Source: an uncultured bacterium (GTDB lineage Bacteria; Patescibacteriota; Microgenomatia; Levybacterales; UBA12049). Taken from it: a DNA stretch of 64,000 nucleotides. Location: assembly GCA_963826535.1 (NCBI GenBank), contig CAWGXL010000008.1, positions 2,679 to 66,678 of the forward strand. The letters are read 5' to 3'. The notes beneath the pieces are model-generated. The model saw nothing but the letters and a program-made list of their open reading frames with translations. It was not told the DNA's origin and searched no databases. Both the position numbers and the translations under genes were made by a program. Below are positions 30,199 to 39,234 of this stretch, in pieces. Each line of letters begins with the position of its first letter. The stretch's first letter is position 1.

Positions 30199-30533
30199 AA
30201 TACAATATTAATTATTTCATACGCAAGTTTTCTGCTATACCGGAAAATAAATGGACAACATTTGAGTATGGCGAAAATGATATTCATTGCGTTTTTGGTC
30301 ATTGCGGAATGAGAAAAAAAGATATAAGCATAGAAGGTAATGCAGAGGCAGAAGCGTTTGTGGAATTGTTTGACGCAAAAGTAAGGATAGTACAAATTAA
30401 CGATGGTTACAATTGCCATTATCAGCAGCTAACATCAAAAGCCCGCATCTTGGCCGCACTGTATGATTTGAAAGCTGAGGAAGCGATTAAAGAAACGTTA
30501 GTAATAATAAATGAGATGGATATGGTAACATAA
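30186..30533 (+). CDS. hypothetical protein
   Basis: ORF translationally coupled to the endolysin. Confidence 0.35.
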   Translation: MGRIKYNINYFIRKFSAIPENKWTTFEYGENDIHCVFGHCGMRKKDISIEGNAEAEAFVELFDAKVRIVQINDGYNCHYQQLTSKARILAALYDLKAEEAIKETLVIINEMDMVT

Positions 30534-30574
30534 AAAGCTTTGCATCGGAAAATTATTTTCCTATGTAAGACGAG

Positions 30575-30600
30575 CCACCCCGTTTTTACGGGGGGCTTTT
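30575..30600 (+). terminator. rho-independent terminator ending the late/lysis operon
   Basis: ccccg-ttttta-cgggg hairpin followed by gctttt. Confidence 0.5.
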
Positions 30601-30700
30601 ATTAACTGGATTTTTTCATGTGTATTTTGTAAGCAAAGCTGCTTTATTCTTAGAGCAGCTTTTTTATTTTACAAATGTGCATAACTTTATTATGAATTAA

Positions 30701-30982
30701 TTGCAATATTCAAGTTTACACCTTATCTTTGATCTATTAATAACAATTAAAATAAATAAAATGAACAATAATTTAATTAACGAAGAAGACAAAAATTTAT
30801 CCTCTGATGGTAAGCTAAGGGCATCATTGTATACACATGCTGTTGATCTTAATCTCAAAAAAATAGAAGAACTGCAGGTATTATTTGATAATGAAACCGA
30901 TATTCATGAAAAAGCTAAATTATCGTATCTCATAGCACGCAGACAAAAACTGCATTATGATAACTTCAATATGAGCGAATAA
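30701..30982 (+). CDS. hypothetical protein
   Basis: ORF in the AT-rich inter-module region. Confidence 0.3.
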   Translation: MQYSSLHLIFDLLITIKINKMNNNLINEEDKNLSSDGKLRASLYTHAVDLNLKKIEELQVLFDNETDIHEKAKLSYLIARRQKLHYDNFNMSE

Positions 30983-30987
30983 TGATT

Positions 30988-31149
30988 ATGAAAAAACAAA
31001 AGTCTCATGGGGGTGCTCGTCCAGGCGCAGGACGTAATTTAAAATACGGGGAACCTACAGAGCGCATATTTTTTACTGTACCCGAATCAAAAAAAGAAAT
31101 AATCGTAGAACAGGTCAAAAAAATTATTCAGCGTATAACAAAAACGTAA
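30988..31149 (+). CDS. small basic protein (53 aa) with a GGARPGAGR motif; possible excisionase/DNA-binding candidate next to attP
   Basis: Translated by hand as MKKQKSHGGARPGAGRNLKYGEPTERIFFTVPE...; below the ORF-track length cut-off. Confidence 0.25.
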   Translation: MKKQKSHGGARPGAGRNLKYGEPTERIFFTVPESKKEIIVEQVKKIIQRITKT

Positions 31150-31356
31150 AATTCATACCTTTACTTTGCAAAGCAGACTTCATACAGGTCATTACAGCAA
31201 ACCAGGCCGCCCTTTTCAGGATGGCCTTTCTTTTTATAAACACAAAAGCCAGTGGTCATAACTCCACCGGCTCCCAATTTCCATTTTCAATTACAAATTA
31301 CCTTAAATTACATAAAACCCTATTAAATTACAGGACAAACATAATATATATTTTAG

Positions 31357-31383
31357 TAATGTTTTAGTAATTTCTAAAATTTA
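31357..31383. repeat. TTTTAGTAA direct repeats (two copies), candidate integrase arm-type sites
   Basis: ttttagtaatgttttagtaatttc, 13 bp upstream of the tRNA-like core. Confidence 0.4.
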
Positions 31384-31395
31384 TTGATTTAATAC

Positions 31396-31434
31396 GGGAA
31401 AACGATAGTGGTTCGAATCCGCTCGGGACCTCTT
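31396..31434 (+). other. attachment-site core: 3-prime fragment of a tRNA gene (T-arm plus acceptor 3-prime strand), no 5-prime half present
   Basis: agtgg-TTCGAAT-ccgct T-arm with the GGTTCGAATCC box, then cgggacc; no complementary ggtcccg within 100 nt upstream. Confidence 0.45.
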
Positions 31435-31530
31435 TATTTAATACGTAAAATTCATAAAGCTCTAATTATTAGAGCTTTTTAGTGTAAAATAGTGTAATAT
31501 TTTGCGAAAAAGTGGTTTAAAAGGGTACAT

Positions 31531-31557
31531 TTGTTTTAGTAAAGTTTTAGTCATTGA
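31531..31557. repeat. second pair of TTTTAGTAA-like repeats overlapping the integrase promoter region
   Basis: ttgttttagtaaagttttagtcattg; a TTG...TAcaTTTG Bacteroidetes-type promoter motif at 31502-31533 is also visible. Confidence 0.35.
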
Positions 31558-32714
31558 CAAAATACACCCTTAAATTACTGCTTTACACCTATCAGGTAAA
31601 CACACAAGGGCTATTCCCTATCTATATAAGAACAACAATAAACCGCAAAACTTCCTATAAAGCTACAGGGCATTTTGTAAGCAAAAAAATGTGGGATGAA
31701 AAGAATAGCCAGGTTAAAGCCGGTCATCCGAATGCTGAGTTAATTAATGCTCACCTTTCATTTACTAAGACAGAATGGGAGAAAAAAATTGTTACTACTC
31801 AACTTAAGGGAACTGATTTAACAGCAGCAGAATTGAAAGAAAGTTTTATAAGTGATAAGCATAATATTTTTCATTATGTTGAGGGATTTATTAAAAGATT
31901 AAAAGGTAAAAAATCTAAAGCCACTTTAGAAAACTATAAAAAACATTTGCTGAAGCTTGAGACTTTTAATAAGAGCCGGGCACTTCAATTTGAAAGTATA
32001 GACGCAAATTTTTTGCATAAGTATGAAACCTGGTTAAGAGAAAACATAAACTTCAGAAAAGCAGATAGTACAAATTATATCCATGCTATTTGGAAAACTT
32101 TTAAGACCTGGTTTAATGCTGCAAAGAAAGAAGGTATAATAAGTAACTACCCTTTTGACCAGTATGAGAATCCTGTTTATGTTTCACCGGATAAGGACTA
32201 TTTAACAAACGAAGAATTAAAATTGTTTGAAGATTTTGCGGATGAATCTTTGGATCTTATTTTAAAAGAGAGTGCAGTTTATTTTTTATTCGGTTGCTAT
32301 TCAGGATTAAGAATTTCAGATTGGTATCAGTTCAAATTTGATAAGCATGTAAAAGGAAATAAAATAAGATTGCGTCCGGCAAAGACTAAACACAAATGGG
32401 TAGAGATGATAATAAGCAAACCTTTGCAAAGAAATCTTTTAAGGATGCAGCAAATACCAATTCAATTAAAGGAGCAGACTATAAATGAAAAACTAAAGAT
32501 CATAGCCGCTAAAATAGGTATCAGCAAGCATTTAACTACGCATTCATCTCGTCACTCGTTCGGGATAACCATTTGTCTTGCTAACGGTCTTTCAAGTGAA
32601 ACAACAGCAGAATTAATGGGAATAACATTAGATACTTTTGTAAAAAATTACTCTCAAATAACTCAATCAAAAATAGATCATGAAACAAGTAAGGCCTGGG
32701 AAAAATTAAATTGA
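31554..32714 (+). CDS. int: tyrosine integrase (site-specific recombinase)
   Basis: N-terminal arm-binding-like LFPIYIRTTINRKTSY, catalytic HSSRHSF and LMGITLDTFVKNY (Tyr); a TTG start is inferred. Confidence 0.75.
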   Translation: MTKYTLKLLLYTYQVNTQGLFPIYIRTTINRKTSYKATGHFVSKKMWDEKNSQVKAGHPNAELINAHLSFTKTEWEKKIVTTQLKGTDLTAAELKESFISDKHNIFHYVEGFIKRLKGKKSKATLENYKKHLLKLETFNKSRALQFESIDANFLHKYETWLRENINFRKADSTNYIHAIWKTFKTWFNAAKKEGIISNYPFDQYENPVYVSPDKDYLTNEELKLFEDFADESLDLILKESAVYFLFGCYSGLRISDWYQFKFDKHVKGNKIRLRPAKTKHKWVEMIISKPLQRNLLRMQQIPIQLKEQTINEKLKIIAAKIGISKHLTTHSSRHSFGITICLANGLSSETTAELMGITLDTFVKNYSQITQSKIDHETSKAWEKLN

Positions 32715-33340
32715 GCTTCTATTACAATAGATAATTCCTTGCTACCTTTGATATAAGTATGCCTACCATTAATTCTTAAATATGATTCCCATACTTTTTT
32801 GTTTTTATTCCAATAAATACCTTTAATCCCACTTCTTCTTTCTGCACATGGCGAAGACCTATCATTAGATAACATTTCTTCCAATTCATCAATACTGTAG
32901 TTTAATTCATTCAATAAAGCATATTCAGATAATTCCTTAGCTTTTTTATTATAGGCGTATGCAGCGGCTATTTCGCTTTTATAAAACCCCAAATCGTGAT
33001 CTTCATGATTTATTCGGCACCTACTATTATACAGCCCTAATTTTTTTTTAAACTGTACACCCTTATAAGTATTGTTTGTGTTTCTTCTTTTGTGTTGATT
33101 ATGTACATTTTGCTCTTTATTTACAATCCTTATATTATATTTTTGATTGTTCAATTTATTATGATCCCTGTGATCTACTAATTGATCCGGCAAAGGCTTT
33201 AAAATCATTCTATGCATCTTTACTCTATCTTCATTTATAGCATATCCATTGGATAAATACCATTTGTGCTTAGATAAATAAGCAAAATCTTCATCATCAA
33301 CTAAAGATGTTTCTCCTTTTGATAGTAATATTATTTTCAT
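32678..33340 (-). CDS. HNH endonuclease with AP2 DNA-binding domains (homing-endonuclease-like)
   Basis: VDHRDHNKLNNQKYNIR (HNH); YKGVQFKKKLGLYNSRCR...EIAAAYAYNKKAKEL and IKGIYWNKNKKVWESY (AP2). Confidence 0.6.
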   Translation of the reverse strand: MKIILLSKGETSLVDDEDFAYLSKHKWYLSNGYAINEDRVKMHRMILKPLPDQLVDHRDHNKLNNQKYNIRIVNKEQNVHNQHKRRNTNNTYKGVQFKKKLGLYNSRCRINHEDHDLGFYKSEIAAAYAYNKKAKELSEYALLNELNYSIDELEEMLSNDRSSPCAERRSGIKGIYWNKNKKVWESYLRINGRHTYIKGSKELSIVIEAQFNFSQALLVS

Positions 33341-33400
33341 GAAATAAAGTTACGAAAAGGTTACGTAACTTCACAGTATCTTTCATGTAAATAAATAGTT

Positions 33401-33583
33401 ATGTCTTATATTAGTGCAACGATGCCAAAAAGCCCGGAAACAAAAAGGATTGAAGTACATTTAATGCCTTCAATTGTTAAGGAGTTGCAACGTCTTGCAG
33501 AGTTAGAAAACAGAAGCCTTAAAAATTATATTGAAACGCTTTTACAAAAGCATTTAGAAGATCAAAATAAAAAAACACGTTAA
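33401..33583 (+). CDS. small ribbon-helix-helix-like protein
   Basis: RIEVHLMPSIVKELQRLAELENRSLKNYIETLL beta-alpha-alpha pattern. Confidence 0.3.
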   Translation: MSYISATMPKSPETKRIEVHLMPSIVKELQRLAELENRSLKNYIETLLQKHLEDQNKKTR

Positions 33584-33595
33584 GAATTACAGCCA

Positions 33596-33661
33596 AGTAA
33601 CACAAAGTAAGATTGATAAAGAAACCGCTGAAGCTTGGGAAGTATTGACTTAAAGAGGTGT
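33596..33661 (+). pseudogene. vestigial integrase C-terminus (21 codons, then stop)
   Basis: Translates to YSQVTQSKIDKETAEAWEVLT, against NYSQITQSKIDHETSKAWEKLN at the end of the intact int; about 60 percent DNA identity. Confidence 0.45.
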
Positions 33662-33850
33662 ACAATGATAACTTAAATCATTGCCTTGTGCATCCTGAAA
33701 TCTTGCATTTTTTGGATCATCGCCACACCATTTTTTAGGCTCTGGATTTTGCCCATTGAACGTACCAAAAGTACAATACCAGCAATCTTTATTTTTCTTA
33801 CAGCCAAAAATGTTGCAGAGAAAAATAGTATTAATAATGCTTTTTTCATA

Positions 33851-34084
33851 TTAGCGGTATAGGTTGAATTTTTTAACCAAGACATTTGTTGCGCTATGAA
33901 TTTCTTCATTAGTAACGCCTTGCTTTTCTGCAATTTTTGTTAGCAGCCCTATGATTGCATTATTCTGTTTTGTGTGTTTATCTACATCAAAAATCCATCT
34001 GTACAAAAAATAAGTTATGGCAATAATAGCAGCAAGAATCATTAAAAATACTATAACATAGAATGGTGTAATTTCTTCTGGCAT
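33851..34084 (-). CDS. small membrane protein
   Basis: TM segment FYVIVFLMILAAIIAITYFLY. Confidence 0.3.
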   Translation of the reverse strand: MPEEITPFYVIVFLMILAAIIAITYFLYRWIFDVDKHTKQNNAIIGLLTKIAEKQGVTNEEIHSATNVLVKKFNLYR

Positions 34085-34175
34085 GAGTTTTAATTTTAAG
34101 AAGTAATTATATATATTAGAAAGTATTTCTTTTGTTAATGTTCAAATAAATTCAACTGCCTCGATCCAAACAAGT

Positions 34176-34610
34176 TTATAACTTTGCACGTTTGATTGGT
34201 TTTGATTGCTCTGAGGGGTGGCCATTTTTTGATGTGTTAGTTATGTTTGTTTGCAATCGTTCTTTTTCTGCATAGTCTTTAATCATTTGTTGTTGGCTAT
34301 TTATTGTATCTGCATTTTTAATAACCGCACTCAACAATTCATAAAAAGTAAGATCATTTATTTCCAATGCTATTTTACTTTTTTGTAATGACGGCTTTTG
34401 ATCATCCCATATTGATTTTTTCAACAAATCCCTATAAATAATTTTCAGTTTTTTAATTACTGCTTCGTGCCCATCCTTTTTAGATATTGCCTGCGTTAAA
34501 GTTTGCGGTCTAAGCCCTGCATCTACAGAAAGCTCAGACTGCGTCTCAAATTTTTTTGCGATTCGTAAAAAATCAACCAGTTCTTTTAATATTTCTTTAG
34601 AAGTTTTCAA
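34176..34610 (-). CDS. putative phage repressor (HTH), divergent from the cro-like gene
   Basis: FETQSELSVDAGLRPQTLTQAISKK HTH-like segment; position and orientation fit a CI-like repressor. Confidence 0.4.
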   Translation of the reverse strand: MKTSKEILKELVDFLRIAKKFETQSELSVDAGLRPQTLTQAISKKDGHEAVIKKLKIIYRDLLKKSIWDDQKPSLQKSKIALEINDLTFYELLSAVIKNADTINSQQQMIKDYAEKERLQTNITNTSKNGHPSEQSKPIKRAKL

Positions 34611-34729
34611 TCGTTTAGGCTATTTGTTTAATCAGTATCAATATTTATAAAATCAATAAAGAAGCCTTGGATTATTGATAATATCAATATATCTTTGTCA
34701 CTTACTAAGTAAAGATAAGTAATTAATAA
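34611..34729. promoter_or_regulatory. divergent promoter/operator region of the lysogeny switch
   Basis: Palindrome TTGATAaTATCAA at 34675-34687 plus additional TATCAA(T) half-sites; TTG (34666-68) ... TAtcTTTG (34690-97) Bacteroidetes-type promoter facing the cro-like gene. Confidence 0.45.
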
Positions 34730-34966
34730 ATGACACTAAGCAGGACACAGATTAAAATATTATACGGCATTCAAGGAAAACTGAGGCGTGGGGATATTAC
34801 AGCTATTGCGAAAAAGGTTGGTGTATCTAAAGAATATGTAGGAATGGTTTTAAATCCGGATTTGGATTATTTCAGAGAAGATATAGTGGATGAAGCTATA
34901 AAGATTGTTGCCAATCGTGAACAAGTTACGAAAAAGTTGCTAAAATCTATAATGTCAGCAGCATGA
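34730..34966 (+). CDS. Cro-like HTH regulator
   Basis: GDITAIAKKVGVSKEYVGMVLN helix-turn-helix. Confidence 0.4.
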   Translation: MTLSRTQIKILYGIQGKLRRGDITAIAKKVGVSKEYVGMVLNPDLDYFREDIVDEAIKIVANREQVTKKLLKSIMSAA

Positions 34967-35220
34967 CCGCATCCGAATCAAATATAATAGAGATCATAGA
35001 AAGATTAGATAAGATTGAAAAGCTTATTAAAAACAACCGTCCTACAGTAGCTAAGAAATCATGGGTAAAAATTGGAATTGTGAAACAACTTACTAATTGG
35101 AATAAGGAGCAGATGCGTAAGGCCAGGGAGAACGGATTAATAAGGCATAGGCGAGGCAGTAACGGTATAGAATATTTGCTGGAATCAATAGACGAAAAAT
35201 TTATAAAAAACAAACAATAA
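34963..35220 (+). CDS. small DNA-binding-like protein (Xis/regulator candidate)
   Basis: Basic 85-aa ORF coupled to the cro-like gene. Confidence 0.3.
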   Translation: MTASESNIIEIIERLDKIEKLIKNNRPTVAKKSWVKIGIVKQLTNWNKEQMRKARENGLIRHRRGSNGIEYLLESIDEKFIKNKQ

Positions 35221-35342
35221 TTCAATCACTCACAAAAACTTTCAGAATGAAAAACAAACTAATAAAATTTCTTAAAGGGTTCTTCTCACTACGTGGGTTT
35301 AACTCTTACAATTTTTAATTAACACATCAAAAACTTTCAGAC

Positions 35343-35636
35343 ATGACACGATTTTATTTGTTCACAGAAAAAAGTATAACAGACAGATTTTTTTGCGGAA
35401 ATATATATAATAGTAACCCCTCGGATACAATACGTTTTCATGGTTGTCCTATGACATTTGAAGAATGTGAAAACGAAGGCAACTGTAAATCGTTTGAAAC
35501 TAAAAAAGAGGCTAATGAATATAGCAACAGTGAAGAAAGTGCAATGGCTGATTCAAATGCTTATGCAGTAAATGCAATGAGAAGCGAAGAATATTACGGT
35601 TGTGAGGGTGTTGATGATTGCAGGTATGAATATTAA
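35343..35636 (+). CDS. Cys-rich acidic small protein
   Basis: 97-aa ORF with eight Cys. Confidence 0.3.
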   Translation: MTRFYLFTEKSITDRFFCGNIYNSNPSDTIRFHGCPMTFEECENEGNCKSFETKKEANEYSNSEESAMADSNAYAVNAMRSEEYYGCEGVDDCRYEY

Positions 35637-35748
35637 AATTCTTGGTGTTTCCCTGAAAGTTCATCAGGCGTGAAGGCTACGATAGTGCCACTTTTAAAAG
35701 GTTTAGTAGCCACCTCCCAAAAAGCTTCGTACCCACAAAGATAATTCA

Positions 35749-36237
35749 ATGACAAAAAAAATATTATTCGCAATATTAATTATTGCCATGTCAAATAAAT
35801 CTCAGGCACAATTTATAACGTCTTTTGGTTCCGGTTTTGAAATCCAAAACAGTGCTATCCCGGTGCAGTTAACGGCAGGAGCAAGTTTGTATAAGAGCGA
35901 ACTTGTAGCGGGATACACTGTTTTTTTTCATAAGGCGGATGCTACAATACCTAAAATTTTGTTTTTAAGGTACGGGTTAAATATAAGTAAAGGTGATATT
36001 GAAATCATGCCGCTTATAGGCGCAGGAATGCTTACAAAGACTATTAGTGAAGTACCAAATCCATTAGACACACAACACGTCTATGATTACGAAGTAATAC
36101 AAAATCCTGTTCAATTTAAAATATTGTACGGTTTGAAAGTTCAAAAAGCAATTGGCTTGGGTGGCCTGTTTGCCAGTGTAGAGCATTGCAAACTATCATA
36201 CCTAAATGTCGGATTATACGTAAAAATAAAAAACTAA
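35749..36237 (+). CDS. secreted beta-rich protein (outer-membrane-protein-like)
   Basis: Signal peptide MTKKILFAILIIAMSNKSQAQ; alternating hydrophobic pattern. Confidence 0.4.
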   Translation: MTKKILFAILIIAMSNKSQAQFITSFGSGFEIQNSAIPVQLTAGASLYKSELVAGYTVFFHKADATIPKILFLRYGLNISKGDIEIMPLIGAGMLTKTISEVPNPLDTQHVYDYEVIQNPVQFKILYGLKVQKAIGLGGLFASVEHCKLSYLNVGLYVKIKN

Positions 36238-36240
36238 ATA

Positions 36241-36471
36241 ATGCAGGCAAATATTTGGATAGACGAAATGGATCAAAACGTAACATTTACAGCAAGGAAA
36301 GTGCGGACAAATTCACTAATGGCAAAGTATCCGGATTATTATCTCAAAGAGGTAACATGGGAAAACGAAAAATACACACCAGAAGAAAACACAATAATTG
36401 TGAACTATTATACACAAGCGGTAGGAGAATTTTTTGACGCAATAAAAGAAATAAATGAAAACTATTTCTAA
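36241..36471 (+). CDS. hypothetical protein
   Basis: ORF. Confidence 0.3.
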   Translation: MQANIWIDEMDQNVTFTARKVRTNSLMAKYPDYYLKEVTWENEKYTPEENTIIVNYYTQAVGEFFDAIKEINENYF

Positions 36472-36482
36472 AAACTAAAACA

Positions 36483-36635
36483 ATGAAAAAAGATGCACAA
36501 AAACTGATAAACAAATTAATTGATGAAATAGACAACATGGAAGAAGATAAACAAATAACAGAAAAGCAAGCAGAAGAAATTTATAAAGCTATCAGATTAA
36601 TCGAAACAATTTTAAATACAGAAGAAATCATATGA
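36483..36635 (+). CDS. small hypothetical protein (50 aa)
   Basis: Hand-translated as MKKDAQKLINKLIDEIDNMEEDKQ...; its stop overlaps the next start (ATGA). Confidence 0.25.
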   Translation: MKKDAQKLINKLIDEIDNMEEDKQITEKQAEEIYKAIRLIETILNTEEII

Positions 36636-36919
36636 AAAAATATCCGGTTTATGTAGCTCACGGTTTAGGTATCAGAAAAATTGAGGATGAAGAAACTTAC
36701 ATAGAAGTAAACAACGACTTATGGGAATCTGGTATAATGCGATTTTATAAGGTTCACCAGGTAGTTGACACGTTATTAAAAAATGGTACAAAGGTTAGTG
36801 AGGTAGTTTTTAATAACGCTTACCAAACCGCATTAACAAAATTAAATCTGATGCTTCTGGATGAAATGGTTCCAGAAGGAAAGGCGCTAACACCAAAGGA
36901 ACAGGCAGAAATTTTTTAA
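36632..36919 (+). CDS. hypothetical protein
   Basis: ORF. Confidence 0.35.
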   Translation: MKKYPVYVAHGLGIRKIEDEETYIEVNNDLWESGIMRFYKVHQVVDTLLKNGTKVSEVVFNNAYQTALTKLNLMLLDEMVPEGKALTPKEQAEIF

Positions 36920-36942
36920 GATTTTTTCATGGTTTGTAATTT

Positions 36943-37164
36943 TTGAAACAGAGGGTAACTGTTTCTGGCAGCCGGGAAAGACCGGCACTTTTTAAACCTC
37001 AGATGGTACAGCAAAAAAATAAAATGACAGAGATAAAATTTATTAATACAGATGGGAAAACAATCGTTGTTAAATGCCCTATTAACAATTGGTCTGATTG
37101 GATAAGGGGCCAATATAATAATGTTGAAAAGGTTATTTCAATACAAAAACACAAATCAAAATGA
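36943..37164 (+). CDS. hypothetical protein
   Basis: ORF; an internal Met start is likely. Confidence 0.3.
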   Translation: MKQRVTVSGSRERPALFKPQMVQQKNKMTEIKFINTDGKTIVVKCPINNWSDWIRGQYNNVEKVISIQKHKSK

Positions 37165-37638
37165 TAATTTTTTTATTAATACCAGCTATCGTGATAGCGG
37201 TTTATTATTTTTTTGTAATGCGTCCAGTAAGCCGTGAAAAGTATAAAGAAATCTGGCCATATGACGTTAGAAAACATTTATAATGGCAAAGGATAAAAAA
37301 GATAGGTGTATAGAAATATTACTAGATGCTTTACAGGAAGCAAAAACATACATTATTGAATTAACAAACTCTGATAGTAAAGCTAATGAAGTATACTATC
37401 CAAAATTTATTGATGCTGCAATTATTAAAGTAAATAAGCTTTTGAAATGAAACGACTGAAAGCAATAATGATGTACCGTCTTTTTGGCATAATGCCAAAG
37501 GGCAGGACAAACGAATATATCCAGAAGTATGTAGTAAAGCTGGCACAAAAAGAAAGTAATAAAAGACAACTATTATCCAGGTCGGTTTATTTGACAAGTA
37601 AAATTCAATAACGTAACAATTTAAAATCCCCATAACAA

Positions 37639-38235
37639 ATGCAAAATTTATTATTCGCTCTATCAACATTATTAATTTTTAGCTGCTCAAAAACAAAAGA
37701 ACCACCACAAGAACCTAACAACAATGATGCAATTGTAAGTATTGAAACTGTTGATCTGAGCAATGAGAACAAGTTAACAGCTTCTATCTCTGCACCTATC
37801 TATGATTACCGGATAGTACAAAAAGCAACATTTTCAAGTGGACTTATTGCTTACAATATTCCCTCTATTGTCGACAAGACAAAACACCTTGTCAAATTCA
37901 CAAGGGATAATATTAAATATGTACAGGCAATTAGTAATGATTCCACTATTTCGTTAGGTATAAAACTATTTAGTCTGAAATCATTAACAGGCAAATTATA
38001 TTATTCAATGAAAGTGCGAAAAATAGATATGCATTATGCAGAATTGAAAGTAGAAAACGAATTGCCGCTTTATATTCTCGGTACTGGAACAGGTATGAGG
38101 AAATGGTATGACTGTATGAAGTCAAGAGTTTATGCGTGTGGCGCGAGTTGGAAATGTACTTTATCATGTACCGTTTTTACAACGATGTATCAAACTGGTA
38201 TGTGTGGTATGCAAATGGCGATATCTTGTCTATAG
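37639..38235 (+). CDS. lipoprotein (superinfection-exclusion candidate)
   Basis: Lipobox LIFSC; Cys-rich C-terminus. Confidence 0.45.
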   Translation: MQNLLFALSTLLIFSCSKTKEPPQEPNNNDAIVSIETVDLSNENKLTASISAPIYDYRIVQKATFSSGLIAYNIPSIVDKTKHLVKFTRDNIKYVQAISNDSTISLGIKLFSLKSLTGKLYYSMKVRKIDMHYAELKVENELPLYILGTGTGMRKWYDCMKSRVYACGASWKCTLSCTVFTTMYQTGMCGMQMAISCL

Positions 38236-38350
38236 TGTATTTATGAGCTACCTAAAAATAAGCCCGTTTGCTAATCCGAATGAAGAACCAAACCATTAAC
38301 TCTATGGACATTAAAAAAATTAAAACAATCAAAATAAACACAACAAAGTT

Positions 38351-39232
38351 ATGACAAAAGAATTAACAACACAATCTCAAACGGTAAAGTCTCTCTTTGA
38401 ACGGGAGGACGTAAAAAAGAAGTTCCATGAACTTTTAGGAAAAAGATCAACAAGTTTTATTACAAGTGTCTTACAAATTGCGGTGCAAAATCAACTCCTT
38501 GCAAAAGCCGATCCTGTAAGCATTTATCAGGCCGCAGCCGTAGCAGCTACCCTTGATCTTCCTCTTAACTCTAATCTTGGCTTTGCTTACATAGTACCTT
38601 ATAATGATAAGAACAAAGGACAGGTAGCGCAATTCCAAATGGGGTACAAAGGGTTTATTCAACTGGCACAACGTAGCGGGCAATTTAAAAGCATTTATGC
38701 ATCTCCGATTTATCAGGGTCAAATAGTTTCTGAAAATCCGCTTGAAGGCTATTTGTTTGACTTTACTAAAAAAAGCGATGTGCTTGTCGGGTATGCAGCA
38801 AAATTCAAATTACTTAATGGATATGAAGCCACGCTTTACATGACAGTGGAACAACTTAAAAAACATGGCAACCAATACAGCCAGTCATTTAAAAAAGGCT
38901 TTGGGTTATGGAAAGACAACTTTGATGCCATGGCATCTAAAACAGTTTTAAAACTCCTTCTTTCAAAGTTCGCACCTCTTTCGGTTGATATGCAAAGGGC
39001 AGTTATTACAGACCAGGCTATCATTAACAATGCAGATACAGAAGATGTAACCTACATAGATAATGAACCGGTTATTGTGGATAAGGAAGCCGAGAGAATA
39101 AGCCTACTGATAGGGGATGCTAAAACAATTGACGATTTAATGAAGGTAAAAGAATTTGTACTTCCTGAGCAGGCAGAATTATATGAAACAAAATTTGCAG
39201 AACTGAGCGAAAAGGCGATGGAGGCCGCATAA
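38351..39232 (+). CDS. recT: RecT-family single-strand annealing protein
   Basis: SFITSVLQIAVQNQLLAKADPVSIYQAAAVAATLDLPLN...GFAYIVPY...QFQMGYKGFIQLAQRSGQ matches RecT. Confidence 0.7.
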   Translation: MTKELTTQSQTVKSLFEREDVKKKFHELLGKRSTSFITSVLQIAVQNQLLAKADPVSIYQAAAVAATLDLPLNSNLGFAYIVPYNDKNKGQVAQFQMGYKGFIQLAQRSGQFKSIYASPIYQGQIVSENPLEGYLFDFTKKSDVLVGYAAKFKLLNGYEATLYMTVEQLKKHGNQYSQSFKKGFGLWKDNFDAMASKTVLKLLLSKFAPLSVDMQRAVITDQAIINNADTEDVTYIDNEPVIVDKEAERISLLIGDAKTIDDLMKVKEFVLPEQAELYETKFAELSEKAMEAA

Positions 39233-39234
39233 AT

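Noticed and set aside
31396-31434. Possible functional tRNA gene
   Set aside because: Only the T-arm and 3-prime acceptor strand are present. No complementary 5-prime acceptor strand or D and anticodon arms occur upstream, so it is an att-core fragment, not a tRNA gene.
33673-33933. Minus-strand ORF of 86 aa overlapping 33851..34084
   Set aside because: The two ORFs overlap in different frames. The 33851..34084 ORF has a cleaner N-terminal TM segment, and the other was judged spurious.
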